DNA of 64,000 bases. Origin: Adineta vaga. Taxonomy: Eukaryota; Animalia; Rotifera. The stretch spans positions 5,766,001 through 5,830,000 of the forward strand of contig CP075495.1 in assembly GCA_021613535.1 (NCBI GenBank). The letters run 5' to 3'. Positions 26,368-40,474 of this stretch are shown here, piece after piece. Positions within the stretch are counted from its first letter, which is position 1; each line of letters starts with the position of its first letter. The notes under the pieces were generated by a model, which searched no databases, had not been told where the DNA came from, and worked only from the letters and a program-made list of their open reading frames with translations. The position numbers were made by a program, and so were the translations under genes.

Positions 26368-28582
26368 GTGTTATTCGATCTAAAACATAAAATATGTTAT
26401 TATGATTCTTTTGTATGTTTCCATTTCTCGTGTTGTTACATGATACCAATCAAATTTGTAGACGACTAATTTCTCGGGAAACATTAGATTTGTCGAATAT
26501 AAAGAATGTCAACTGAATGAACTTCATTTTTTTTCAAATTCCGTAAGAAAATCGATCTTTGTCTTTTGATTGAAGATGAATTGAGAATAGGTGTGACTGA
26601 AGTTAGAATTCAGTGATAGAAGATTTGAAAAAACTATTTTATTCAGTCGATATTTTTTATATTCGATACATTTATAGATACGCGATTTTTCATTTGAGCG
26701 GAAAATCTGTCGTTTTGTTTCCTCTTTGTTCTTATTTTTTTCATCATCTGGTTTGCTTCGAAAAACTGACAGATAGACATTCATCCTTCATCATTACTCT
26801 ATTAACACTGGAAGAGTAGCGCGAAGACAAAAAACTAGAGAGAATTAAGCAGAGGAAACATCATGTAGAAAAAGAAAAGATCTGTTCTTATATCATTGTG
26901 ACGATTTTTGATGGAAGAGATGTATGCGCTGATGGAACTACGCCTTTATTTATTTCTTCCTCGTAAATCGCATCGTTCTGATACAAAACACGTGTTTATA
27001 TATTCGTCCCTACAGAAGACAACGCACGAAAATATTCTATCAAAGTACATCAGAATGTACAGAGATAAGGATAATCCATTAGATGAGGAAAACCGTATCA
27101 TGCGTACAGCGCGTGTCAGAGAGATTGTCACAATCATGAAGAAAAATTTTGCTTTCATTCGATTTCTTTTCTTTTTCGTCGCTTTTTTTTCTCACGTCAA
27201 ATCTTTCCTCTTCATCATACAGTCAATAGTTTAATGTGTGCATTTATTTCTCTCTGTGTTGTTATTACCTCTTATGTTTTATTTGTTGTCATAAAATTAA
27301 AAAGAGAAAGAATAAGAAGAGAAAAAAGAACTCCGAATAGAGGAGAAAGTTGATTTATTTCTGCTGCTGGCATCTATTAGAATGTATATATATATATATA
27401 TACGTCTGCGTTTATTTGTTGTTGGTTTTTTCTCTTCTGCTCGTTTCATATGTAGTGAGAAAGACGGTATGTAGGTGTTAATGTCGAAAAGATAAATATG
27501 CTGAAAGAAACCGAAGAAATGGATATGTTCAGAACTGACAATCGTGATCGATAGAGGAAGAAGAAGAATATTATCATGTTCGAACTGATCGAATGAGCAT
27601 CATTCAAGAAAAAAAAAATTGACTCAGGAAATGGAATCTCTCGAGCATAGTTGAGATCTAACTTGCTTGTTCTCTAATGACAAATGAAGAAAAGGCATTG
27701 ACTAGAAACTTATGTCTATGGACGACCGACATTGATAGTATATAGTCGTACTATTTTCTCTCTCTCTCTCTCATTCTACTCCTTTCTAGTTCTTCTTCTA
27801 GCAGCTGATGAAATAATACGAGAGATGCTTGTTATTATTATATCTCGATAGAGAGATAAAGAGGGAGGCAATGAAGAAAAAAGAAGAAGAAGAAGACGAA
27901 GAAAGCGAAGCAGATTTCTTGCTTTTTCTTATACTGTTATATTCGCGAGAAAAACAACAACGGATGTCGATCTCTCATTGTTTTGTTCTTGACATCGACA
28001 AAGAAAAACTATTATTTGATCAGTAATGTAAACGATAAAAAGAAAACCTAAGAAAATTACAATTTATGAAATAATAGACTTCTGTATACTTACGCAAAAG
28101 AAGATTTCTTTCTTTTTTCCACACAAACAGATACATATATATATATACATTCAAAAGAATAGCATAAATAATTAGATTGACTGATGATGTTGCCTCTTGC
28201 ATAATAATTTCTACATGAAATGTTCCTTTCTTTTTCTAATCATATACAAATGATTTTGCAATTAGTTTCTGTTAAAAAAAATAACTAAAAGTAAAGAATA
28301 GCATGTATGATACAATGTAAATATTAGATTTCCTATATGAAAAAGTTTTCAGAATCTGTTGACAATCGTTTCGACTACTTTTGAAGAAGAATAGCATAAT
28401 GAACGATGTGAATCAAGATGAAGGTCAGATATCGAACTTTGGCTCGTACTGTTGTCATATTGTATCAACAATGAAGATAAAAGGCAACAGAAAGGAATCT
28501 TCTCATAATATACTACTGACTGATTTGTTTGCATATCTTCAATATTTATACGTGCATATATACATCATTTATAATACGTAAA

Positions 28583-31500
28583 ATGATGTGTATGTATTGT
28601 AAGATGATCTTCATTCTTCTGATACACATAATTATTTACATATCTAAATCAGGTAATGGTTATGATGGGAAAATCAAGTGTATTTGATATTAATGTATAT
28701 ATTTGTATTAGATGCATTTCGTGTTCATGCTGAAGAGTGTTGCGAATTGGGCCGACTTCAAGCTGAACGTACTCAAACATGTAGTGTGACGTCACAATTA
28801 TTTTTGTTAGAAAATAAAATACATCTTTCTACTCATTGTCGTTTGTTAACACATGTTTGTTGTCTGAAAAATTTACGCGGTTACTTCTGTGAAGAAGGTT
28901 TAAAAACGGCGCTTCAATTATTACCATGCAATGAAACAAAACTTGAATTGAAAGATTCGTATCAGGTTTCTATAGAATTTTTGCTAAAATATTTTGAATC
29001 AATGAAGAATGTTTATCTAGATCTGTTGTAAATGTTGTGAATTAGGTGTTCGAGCAGGTCGAGATCAAGAAGATTGTGAACCGTTGACTGTAATTGATAA
29101 AGGATGTGGTCAACAATTTAATGATTGCTGCAAAAAGGCAAAATCATGTATGAAGATGAGTTTGATTTTAAATTTGTAAACTATTTCTTTTTTAGTAAGT
29201 TGTCATGCTGGTTTTGAAATGAATGACGATCAACGATGTCAAGGTATGTACATACATAATGTTTATATTATTTTTAGTTAATAGTTTGAATATAGATATT
29301 AATGAATGTCTCTCAAGTCCTTGTCCTAAAACAATGATGTGTAAAAATACACCTGGCAGTTTTCGTTGTATAGATGGATGTGAAATTGGTTATACTTGGT
29401 CAATAAAACATGGTCAATGTCGAGGTAGTTTACTGTCTGAATTCTTTTGTAGGACTGTTTTTGAAAGGATTGATTCTGGTTAGATATTGATGAATGTGCA
29501 ATTCATAAGCATAACTGTACGTTCGGACATCGTTGTGAAAATATGCCTGGATCATTTAGGTAATGAAAATGATAATCTAGAAAAATTGTTATTGAATTCT
29601 TTTAAGATGTATTCGGGAGAGAAATTGTGGAACTGGATATCAAGTTGATTCGATAACGCAAACGTGTGCAGGTAGGAGATATAGTACACGAATGATTTTC
29701 AGTTTGTTTCTTTATCCATTGATTGATGTTTAGATGTTGATGAATGTGAACAAGACATTCATGAATGTGGGTAAGTGATCATTTTTTTTTTATAGATTAA
29801 ACATCATTTTCAAACCTTTCTCTTGAGTAGACCGGGTTATATTTGTAAAAATGTTCCTGGAACATACAGGTACTATATGACAATTTTCATTAATATTTAA
29901 AATTCAAGTTTTTTTTTATAGATGTGTACCACAAAATTGTACGTTTGGTGAGAAATTTAATGCTTTTTATGGTCGTTGTGAACAAATTCAATGCCAATCA
30001 GGTTTTAACGTAACATCAACAGGAAAATGTCTTGGTAGAAAACACTCTAATTATACAATACAAAACATATTCAAAATCTATTTTAGATATAAATGAATGT
30101 ACTCAGAAACCAAGTCCATGTAAACTTGGTGAACGATGTGATAATACGCCTGGTTCATATCGTTGTGTACAAACACTGATGTGTTCAAGTGGATTGGAAT
30201 TGAAAGATCTTCAATGTTTAGGTAGATTTCAAATGACTTTTTCTTTTCGATTATTTTGTTTGAAAAACTCATGATAGATATCGATGAATGTACTATTGGA
30301 AATCATACATGTCCTCCATCAGCAACTTGTAGAAATACTCATGGATCATTTTACGTAAGTTTTATATTATTGATAGTTGCTTTTCAAAGTATTCGACTTC
30401 TAGTGTCAATGTCAACAAGGATACATCTTTGAAGATGGTATTTGTGTTGGTATGTATTGTATGTAAGTAAGGTATTTTTGTGTAGAACTATTTATTACTA
30501 GATGAGAATGAATGTTCAAAAGAAAATTCGATTTGTCCAATGAATTCATTTTGTCGAAATACTCCTGGATCATATGTTGTATGTGAACTATTTATTGCTG
30601 ATGAAAGTATTGGAAAAGAAACTCTTTTGTTTACCTTAGTGTGATTGCCCAACTGGTTATAAAATGTTAGATAACCGACGTTTTTGTGAAGGTAAATATC
30701 ATACATGATTTGTTTTTTCTTTGAAATTTCTATTCAATTAGATATTAACGAATGTGAAATATCACCAAGTATATGTGAACAAAAATGTATTAATGTTCAA
30801 GGTTCATATTATGTATGTTTCATTAGAAAATCAATGATTGAAAGTTAGTTTTTGTCTTCTTAGTGCTTATGTAAAGAAGGTTATCGATTGAATAGTGATA
30901 AACAAACATGTCGAGGTGAGACTCATGTTTCATTTTATTTTCTTCTTTTATTGAAATAATACGCCTTTAGATCTTGATGAATGTTCGATGATCACAAACC
31001 TATGTCAATATCGATGTATTAATACGCTTGGATCGTATAAATGTGCATGTCCATCAGGTTTTTCACTTGAACGTAATCGTCGATGTCGAGATATAAATGA
31101 ATGTCAACTTGGAACACACAATTGTTCGAACAATGATGTTTGCGTTAATATTCATGGTGGTTTTCGATGTATTCATATTGATTGTCCCAATGGTTATGAT
31201 AAAATTGGAAATCAGTAAACAAAACTTACAGCTTTTTTTTCTCTATGAATTATCTATTATGTTGTTTATAGTCGATGTCAATTGAATACACGATGGTGTA
31301 TTGAACATCAGAATGATACGACTATGCGTTGTACAATTGATAAACCTATTCGATACGTTTATTCTTTCATTGCATTACCAGGTAATTGAAAATGATTCTA
31401 TTCAAATAAACTTTCTCTTTCATTTCGAAAACCTTTTGTTTTTTTAGCTCGAATGCAAATACCAACTGAAATCTTCCGTCTACATAATAGTCAATTAAGT

Positions 31501-31761
31501 GAAAATCAATATGTCGAATTTGATTTACAATCTATGTCAACAGATCATTCACAATTGAATTCTACTCAAATGATTCTCGATAAATTTCAATTGAAACTTT
31601 ATCCAACATTTCACGCACATTTGTATTTAATTGAAGAGCTAAATTCATTTGAAGAAATTCAATTATATATTTCAATGAAAAGTTTCAGTAATAAAATACT
31701 TTCTTCAATTTCTGTCATGAAACTTTTTATTTATGTTAGTCAGTATGATTTCTCTCCTTAA
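28583..31761 (+). CDS. Fibulin-1/2-like extracellular matrix protein
   Basis: Signal peptide exon (MMCMYCKMIFILLIHIIIYISKS); anaphylatoxin-like modules ECCELG...CC...CEEG and CCKCCELG...CC; tandem cbEGF (DINEC/DIDEC/DVDEC); fibulin-type C-terminal beta domain ending LFIYVSQYDF. Confidence 0.9.
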
Positions 31762-34043
31762 TATGAACATTTTCTTATCGCATGCTATTCGTTTGTCTTG
31801 CTGTTATATACAAGAATATGTTTATTTTTGTAAGAATAAATTGACAAAAACATAAATTGGTTTCCTTATTGATCATTTGTATAGAAGTGCAGGTGTATCT
31901 ATCAATAATATATGATTTTGTACCATGATATATCTAACTCTTAGCACTTCCGTTTAATTCCAATCAGAAACTATTTGTTTCTCATGAGAATAGAGTGATA
32001 CTCATCTTTCTAGTTCTTATTTTCTCAGGACTTTACAAAAAATAGGATCGAAAGTGTTCTGTGTGTTCATTTTGAGAATATTCTCCAATAAAATTCCAAT
32101 TTAGTAAATGAATTTTAGCACAATCGTAATTGATTTTTAAATAATTGAATACAAAGAAGTGTTTTTTTTTGAACTTTTTCTATCTACGTCAAAAAAGTAC
32201 CGATTTTTGAATTCTAATAAAGACAACATTACTTTACGGTTTCTTTTGACATTACCAACTAAGATTGTGATAAAGTAGATCATTATCGTTCTATATTCAT
32301 ATCCACAATGAATCTTACATCAAATGTCTGCTCTTTTTATCTATTTACAGTACAAAAACAAAAAAAATAAGGTAATTAAAATATCTGTCAAAATATGAAA
32401 ATTATTGTTTCCTGCTAATTTTAATATTTGAATGCATAAAGACTGATGATTTTATGAGAATTGTAAAGAGTATTGAAAAAAAAAAGAGAAGACTATTTGT
32501 TAATTAAAAGACATCTTATCTCTGACAACTTGAAAGTTTGATTGAAGGTGTTCATCTGTCAAAATTTATGAAAATAAAACGTAGGAGTGAAGAGCAAGTC
32601 AATCGTTTATTCAACAAAGAAATGTAATAAATCTCTATCGACAAACTAATAGTTGAAAGGACTATGCCAATTTATTAAACAAAAACTCTATATTCGATAA
32701 AAGTAGATTTATCAGTCACGAACATAAATCTCATTAATTAATCGGCATAAATACAATCAATTATTTGAATTCAATTATTATACTTTTGTTTTGATAAGTT
32801 CTAAAACAATAAGTTTCTTTTTCTTAGATTTATCGATACTATGATTTATACATCTCAATATGTCATCAAAAACGGAAATGTTTACAAATCAGTATAACTA
32901 AGAAAGAAAAGAAAACAACGGAAGAAAGGTGATCCATTTTCTATTGATTGTTTTCTCTTTCATCAGAAATCTTTACCTATACAATAAAAACCATATTCTC
33001 ATGAGACTAAACAAGAGAGAGAGAGAGAAAAAAGGTATTAGTAGTCTTCATAGTATGAATTAGCAATAGTTAACAATTTATCAATATTTTTTCAAGCATA
33101 AGTATAACTAATTCCATACAGAGTAATAAATTATGTGAATATGAATTTTTCTCTTGTTTTTTTCCATTAAAATCATAGAATAATATTAGATTGATCTCTG
33201 TTCTGTACCCGAAGAATGTAATCACTTGAGTTTTGTGAACTGTTAGAAATAGGACTAATGAATTGAATAATCGAACGAGCCTATTAGTACTCGGATGGAC
33301 TAAAGCGAAAAAAGATGATGGACTAGTGAAGTTAATTAGATTAACAACTAGAATAGATTCAAGTAAAATAATGTATCTATATCTCTCGTTTTCTCTTTCT
33401 TCTCAACTAGTTTTTTCTTCTTCTTTTCTATCTAGTAAACTACGAACTATAATGTTCACAATGAGTTTTCTCGTCTTTGTTATTATATTTTTTCTTCATC
33501 ATCATCATCATCCTCTTCTTCTTCTTCTTCTTCTTTTGCGATCGATTATTAATTGCTGTCGATGGTTTTATGTCGCCTTTTAGTGTCGAACATGTTTTTG
33601 CTCTTCGTCTATCTTCTTTTCCCACTATCATCATTCGATTTTTCGAATTGTTTTTGATGGTATGAATCTCTTCGTTGTTTTTCTCTATGCACCAAAATAA
33701 GATCAGATTTATAATCTTTTTCTTCATTTTGTTTTAAAGAAAAGAGTGGGTTGAGATGGAATATTGCCTTTAATATTAGATTTGTCAATACAATAAATCT
33801 ACTCTTATACAATCGAATGCGTTCATTTGTCAGAAGTGGATGGCTATTGCAAGTAACAAGAAGAAAAGAAGAAAAGAGAAGAGAGAGTGAGAGGAAAATG
33901 CAATAACTATGTGAGAATAGTGAATAAAATTTAAAAAGAATGAAAATATTTATGACAGAATTTTATTCATCTTCGTTTTTTCATTTCTAGATTTACATTT
34001 CCTTGACGTCAAATTGACATTTGTCTGTAAACTAGCTAACGAT

Positions 34044-34397
34044 ATGCATCCGATCAATATTCTGTTCGTGTTTTTCGTCGGGTATTTAACTTTATTGTCA
34101 ATGACTTATGCTCTTTCGATTAATACTCATCAAGTAATAAAACTATTCATTTTAATGATCAGATTATTTTTTTTCTTCATTTCATTATAGGAGCATCAAC
34201 CATCATCACTCGCTGATATGCGTATTAAACGTTCATTAGAACATAAACGTTTCTACGATTTTGGTTCTCGTTCCATTCATAACGATGATCTTGAACAATT
34301 CAATGATGAATTCAATCGTCTCCGTCGCTTCTACGATTTCGGTACAAAGAAACGTTTTTATGATTTTGGCTCAAAAAAGAAGCGTTCAAATGAATAA
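34044..34397 (+). CDS. 98-aa neuropeptide precursor with three FYDFG(S/T) peptides; exons 34044-34133 and 34191-34397
   Basis: Spliced translation MHPINILFVFFVGYLTLLSMTYALSINTHQ/EHQPSSLADMRIKRSLEHKRFYDFGSRSIHNDDLEQFNDEFNRLRRFYDFGTKKRFYDFGSKKKRSNE*. It has a signal peptide, dibasic cleavage sites, an acidic spacer and a 57-nt phase-0 GT-AG intron; AATAAA occurs at ~34558. Confidence 0.88.
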
Positions 34398-37044
34398 ATG
34401 AATTTAATGAACTTTAATACAACATCTCTTTTTTTCTTTCTTTTCTCTCTCATACATATAATATCCTCATTTCCCAAAGGGTTATCTAAGATATACAAAG
34501 AAAAACTACATCATTAATGGTTCTAATACGGATCGAAATTCATCATTAAACAGATCGAATAAAACAAAATAATATTACATGATTTTATCTTCATTCTTTT
34601 TTCAATTAGATTCAATAAATCAGTACGAAAGAGAGACCCAAAAAACCCGATATAGTTTAGAGTACCAGTAGTGAAATATATATATATATATATTATTTTT
34701 AGAAGTATTCACTGAAGTTGTCTTTAAGCAAAATTTTTTGTCAAGTTTTCATTTATTATTCATCTATATATATATAGAACATACGCATATTTTTATTAAA
34801 CTGATCACCTCAAGCTAGAAGATAACAAGAACTAGAATTGACTGGAAGGTTTTTACATACAGTAAAAATATATTTCTCACCACAAGTTATGTCTTAACAA
34901 GACGTTTTCTTCGCTAGACAAAAAAGAAATCTTTATTAATTTAATATCAAAACATAGAACTGTAATTTTTCATGATAAACATTAAAACAATTTCTCTAGT
35001 ACTTCATATTGTTTAACATTATATCATTAGTAATGTCAAATTTCGAAAAATCTGATTTATTCTGACAAGATAATAATAAATGAAATAACAGAAAATACAT
35101 TTTCTGTCATTTCTATTTAGTCATCTGAAGTTGACAGTTTAATTATCAAGACTATTGAATTGTAGATGTTAGTTGATTTTTGTTCAATAATATATATACA
35201 TTTATAAGTATAGAAAACAAATTCGATTCAATGAATAATACATTGATTAATTGAAATAGATTCTTATTTAAATACGAAAGTATTTGAAAATAATTTTTGT
35301 CATTAACGAAGAATGCTTTTCTATTAACAACATTGATACTTAAATTGGCTGTATGAGATAAGTCAAGAAGATATTCTGAAATGGAATGGATAATGTTAAT
35401 GACAAGAATGTATAGAAGAAATGTAATCAATGTTATTTAACCTTTGAAAAACAAAATAACGAAGAAATGTCATTGAAATATGTACTGAAAAATTACTAAT
35501 TTGATATGTATTCAGAACTAAAATAGTTCTTTAATTAGTTAACACAATCTATGAGGATTTTTTCCTTGTATTCATTGATTTCTATGCAAGAGATAATAAT
35601 AGATTTTTTCATGAATTACAATTAAATTCAGTATATTCAAGAATATAGGTTTCCTAATCTCGAGTTCTTCTTCTAAGAAGAAAAGTCAATAGAATTTAAC
35701 ACGTTTACTTATTGCGAACATAAATATTCTAATAAAAATAAACGAGAACGTGACAAGATATACAGTTGATATTGATAAATTTCGTCAATTTGTGTCAGAA
35801 GGATGTGCACTTGAATCGATACAGTGATAACGAGAGCAATTATTTACACTTGTATGATCGATAGAATATACGTCAAAACAACACAGATCTCATAATCTTA
35901 ACTTGATAAACTATTCCTTTTCTTTTCGTCAAATCTATCGATATAAATTTCATTTCACTCGACCAGATGATATTCAAAATTATTATACTATTTGAACTAA
36001 TTTAATTTTGATTATGGTTGAGAAAATCTTTTATTAATCTATCTAATCTCAATAATAGATAATGACATCGATGTTTTCTGTCTTGTTATTTTTATTACAA
36101 AATCTTTTTGATAGAATGTTTGTTTAATTTACTGATGTAATAAATGATAAATTATTTAATAAGAAGTAATTCTATGATATTTTCTTTTTCAAAAATAAAT
36201 CTCTTAAAATAACATAAAATTTATTTTAAGAATGTTTGAATATTGAATATCAACAGGAAAATCATAATTTTTCTTTTCCTGTTACTCTGAATAATCATGT
36301 TGTCTTGATTATCATAGATCTTCCTCATTCAAAGGTAAAGAAATAGAGAAATCCATCATGCAATCATATTCGATTTATTTATCGGTTGGAAAGAAAAGAA
36401 AACTGAAAGATGAAAGTATTCTCATCGATGAATGTACATCGATCAGCGTCTTGAGATAATGATTTGATAAGTGAATAAAAAAAAAAGAAAACAGGCGAAA
36501 AGAATCAAGATGGGTGCGCTTGAAAAGCTTGCCATTCAATAGAGAAAGTCGAGTAGCAGATCGTCAGATACATGTTTCTCTCTCTCTCTCTCTCTTTTTC
36601 ATGGTGTTTTGTTTGTGCTTGTAATACTTTTTCTTCTTTTCTTTGGTAGTAAGAAGGCTCATTTAACGAGTACAGAGATCCGGTCTGTTTACCTCATCAT
36701 TATCAGCAGAGAAAAAGAGAACGGATAGCAGAAGAGTATATGTAAGGAAAGAAGTTACAGCGAACAAAAAGAGAGAAGACGAAGAAGAAGAAGAAGGAAA
36801 AGGTACACATATAATACGTCTGTTTCATCTCTTTCATTACCCCCCATCGGATAGAAAAACTGAAACGAATAAGGAAAGAAAAATACTATCGACACAAAAG
36901 AGAAAGAAAATGGATTACTGTAATCGTTACTTTCAATTATTTTCGAAATAAGCTTTACACAATATCATTATTTAATTATTTCCTAGAAAATATAGAAGTA
37001 TATTCTTTTTTCTTCTTTTTTTGTTCTAGAAAATATAAAAGAAG

Positions 37045-38665
37045 ATGTCAGAAGAAGGAACAAATCGAGATTTGAAAGTGATTTTATTCATATCTGTATC
37101 AACTATTTTAATTATTTTGATTATTGTTGGACGATGGTTAAATTTTCATTTATGTGCCTGTTGTTTTCATTGGTTACGAAATAAGAAAACGTCAACAATG
37201 ACACCAACGATTTCCGTTCGCGAACAATCTCTTCAAGTAAAATGAATTTTCTGAGAAAAAAAGGAAATCAACCTAATTAGATCTTCTAGGAACCGAGAGC
37301 ATCTTTTATTAATCTCAATACCATTGACGAACCGCTTAAAAATACTAATGACAGAAGTTTATGGACGGCTGCTTTTGGATCTGTTTCATCATTGGTTACA
37401 AATGACACAACATATGATGATATATTAATGCGTTCGTTAATTTCTTTCTCTATTTTCTGAAGTATCTCCTTTACTTTCTCACTAATCTAGCTAATAGTAA
37501 TAGTGCATATGATATTGTTTCTTATGCTAATAATATTAAATCAACATTGAAACAAACAATTCTTTGTGAATCCGATGATGAATCAATTACAACATCAATG
37601 AATGATTTGTATTTAACGGAAGAAAATCTCGGTTGTGGAAAATTACAAATAACAATCAATTATAATGCGTAAATTGTTAAAATGAATAATTCTATTTCTT
37701 TCGTTCGTCTATGACTTTATAGTTTAGAAGAATATCTAGAAATTTTATTTATTCAAGCTCGATATATAACGATAAGCAAAGAAAATCAAGAACAAATACG
37801 ACTTTTCATAAGTGCTTATTTAGATCATGATCGACGGCAAACTCAACAAACCCAAGTAAGGAAACTTGTATTGACATTCTAGTACTTGAACTTTCAATTA
37901 TTTCTTTGTTTGTTTGATTGTTTACAGTTGATTTCGTATTACCATAAGCAACCTATTTTATTTGAATCATCTATGAAATGGAACGTAAATGATGATCACT
38001 TACCGAGTACAGTACTACATACAAGTTTATATACTCATCAAGAAAATAATATGGAAATTTTAATTGGTGAATGTTCATTTACAATTGGTGAAATTTATAT
38101 TTATCAACCATTGACAACATGGTTAAATTTACACGAAAGTGATGAAGTAAATTAAAATAATTTATCCGGATTTCTTTTCGTATGACTTTTGTGTAACTAA
38201 TAGGCATATTGGTATCGTGGTGAGATAAGTATTTCTCTTTGTTATCATCCAACAGCCGATCGTTTAACTTGTTCATTAATTCAAGCAAGAAACTTGACCT
38301 TTTATAAACGCGAATCTATCATCACTGATATGATATCAACAGAATGTTATGCTACAATTTCTTTACTTCATCGCCATCAAGTTATAAGAAAAACGCGTAC
38401 GAGTTATCATCATGCATCAGATAGAAATCCTGTTTTTAATGAAACATCTGTATTTAATGTTTCAAGTAATGATCTTCTTACTTCGTATATACGTATTGTG
38501 ATCTATGAAATAATCCCATCACCATCATCGACAACAACAAAAACATTCGAAATAGGTCATTGTCTTATTGGTAATCACGATCGTACACAGCATATGTCTC
38601 ATTGGCAACAAATGTTACGTGTTCTTCGACGTCCTGTCATCGTTTGGCATCCACTAAAATTGTAG
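37045..38665 (+). CDS. Divergent synaptotagmin-like protein (N-terminal TM + tandem C2 domains)
   Basis: TM VILFISVSTILIILIIVG, then a Cys cluster (CACC); C2A GCGKLQITINYN...LEIFIIQAR...ILIGEC; C2B GEISISLCYHPTADRLTCSLIQARNL...NPVFNET...HWQQMLRVLRRPVIVWHPL. Confidence 0.8.
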
Positions 38666-39678
38666 AAACATCTATATCAGCAATGTTTAGACAGAAGTAT
38701 TTTGTCGTCAATAAACATATTTACTACAAGCTATTTGTCGTCATCAGATATTCTTTATGAAAATATATCGATTCGAAAATGAATGACTCAATCAATCATT
38801 ATGTAAGTCGTAAGATTCTATGATGAATAAATATTTATTATTATATGTATTTTAGATGAACATATTTTGCAGATAGTTTGTGAATGACAGATTTTTTTTA
38901 TTGATATACAATATTTTATATATTTTTTATACTATTATTACTAACAAATTGTTATCTGTACTTTCTTTTTTTTAAATTTATTATATAATATAAAGTGATC
39001 GACAAGTTGAGAATTTACAGATATCTTAATTATGTTATTGTTTTTGAAGTACAGGATGATTCGATGATTTTGGTTTTCGTACAGTAGTATCTCATAATAA
39101 ATCCTCGTCTATAGAATGACTCATGGTGAAAGTGACAATAGAAAGGTGCGTACTATACAAACGAACTTAAGTTATACATATATATATATAGCTAGCTATC
39201 TACCTAAAAAGCAGATTTATATTTTAGTTTTCTTTATCACAGATTGATTCATGATTTATATATTGGTTACTCTAACTTTAGTATAAAAATTCTACATAAA
39301 AACTGAATGTTTTCACATTGTATTATTAATACTTACGTACATGTTTGATATGTTTATACTCTTTATAGTTTTATTTCAATAAAGCATTATGTTGTAAACA
39401 TTTAATCATACATTTATTAATCCTTTACATTGTAATAGATGTGCTGACTCCTTTTGCGTCTTTAAGATATATTTTACGATAAGTGTGCTTACGTATAATA
39501 TCGTATGTGATTACCTTGTTGAAGAAGGATATTTGATAGATATATTCACGCATGATTTGTCAAGCGATACAATAATAAGGATGATGGAGATAATTTAAAA
39601 CCAAACATAAACAGTGTATATCATCATTTTCTAGCGATAAAACAAACTTGTGATTATTATAATCGTCTAAATAATAAC

Positions 39679-40474
39679 ATGGCTAACGATCCTGTTGTTG
39701 CTCAATTAAGACCTGATCAGGTTCAAGAAATTACTACAGCTTTTATGGAATTTGATATCAATCGTAATAGTTACATAACAGCACAAGAAATGAAAGAATG
39801 TCTTCGTCGATCAAATATTCAATATCAAGATGCTGAAGTTGATCGTGTTATTTCAAATATGGATACTAACCATGATGGTACAGTTTCTTATGATGAATAC
39901 ATGAAATTTATGGCTCGTGTTTATACTGGACAATTTGATCAATTTCAGCGTCCAGCAGCACCAGGACAAAATCCTCCGTACAATCAGAATCCACCACCTC
40001 CAAATCAGCCACCATATAACCAGAGCCAACCACCCTATAACCAAAGTCAACCTCCATACAATCAAAATGCACCACCACCATCAAATCAACCACCCTACAA
40101 CCAAAGTCAACCTCCATACAATCAAAATGCACCACCACCATCAAATCTACCACCCTATAACCAAAATCAGCCACCATATAACCAGAGCCAACCACCCTAT
40201 AACCAAAGTCAACCCCCATACAATCAAAATGCACCACCACCATCAAATCAACCACCCTATAACCAAAGTCAACCTCCATACAATCAAAATGCACCACCAC
40301 CACCAAATCAACCTCCTTATAACCAAAATCAACCTCCATACAATCAAAATTCTGCTCAAACGTAAGTTTCCTAACTATAGATGTATTACATTTATTCTAA
40401 TGTTTTTTCTTTTAATTTCTTCTAGCAATTATCCACCACCACCATCATCAGGTTATCCTCCACGTACTTATTGA
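39679..40474 (+). CDS. 243-aa protein: EF-hand pair plus Pro/Gln/Asn/Tyr low-complexity tail; exons 39679-40361 and 40426-40474
   Basis: Loops DINRNSYITAQE and DTNHDGTVSYDE; 14 PPYNQ repeats; a short phase-2 intron leads to TNYPPPPSSGYPPRTY*. Confidence 0.85.
39968..40350 (+). repeat. Coding tandem repeat (21-nt QPPYNQS units nested in ~60-nt higher-order units)
   Basis: Recurrent caaccaccctataaccaaagtcaacctccatacaatcaaaatgcaccaccaccatcaaat blocks. Confidence 0.9.

Noticed and set aside
33263-33812. Low-complexity ORFs with poly-H/L/K/M/F runs
   Set aside because: Products of (cat)n and (ctt)n microsatellites in the noncoding region upstream of the neuropeptide gene.
39853-40474. Overlapping ORFs in other frames (His-rich 185 aa on +; VVHFDCMEVDFG repeats on -)
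   Set aside because: Shadow frames of the PPYNQ coding repeat, which happens to lack stops; no independent gene signals.
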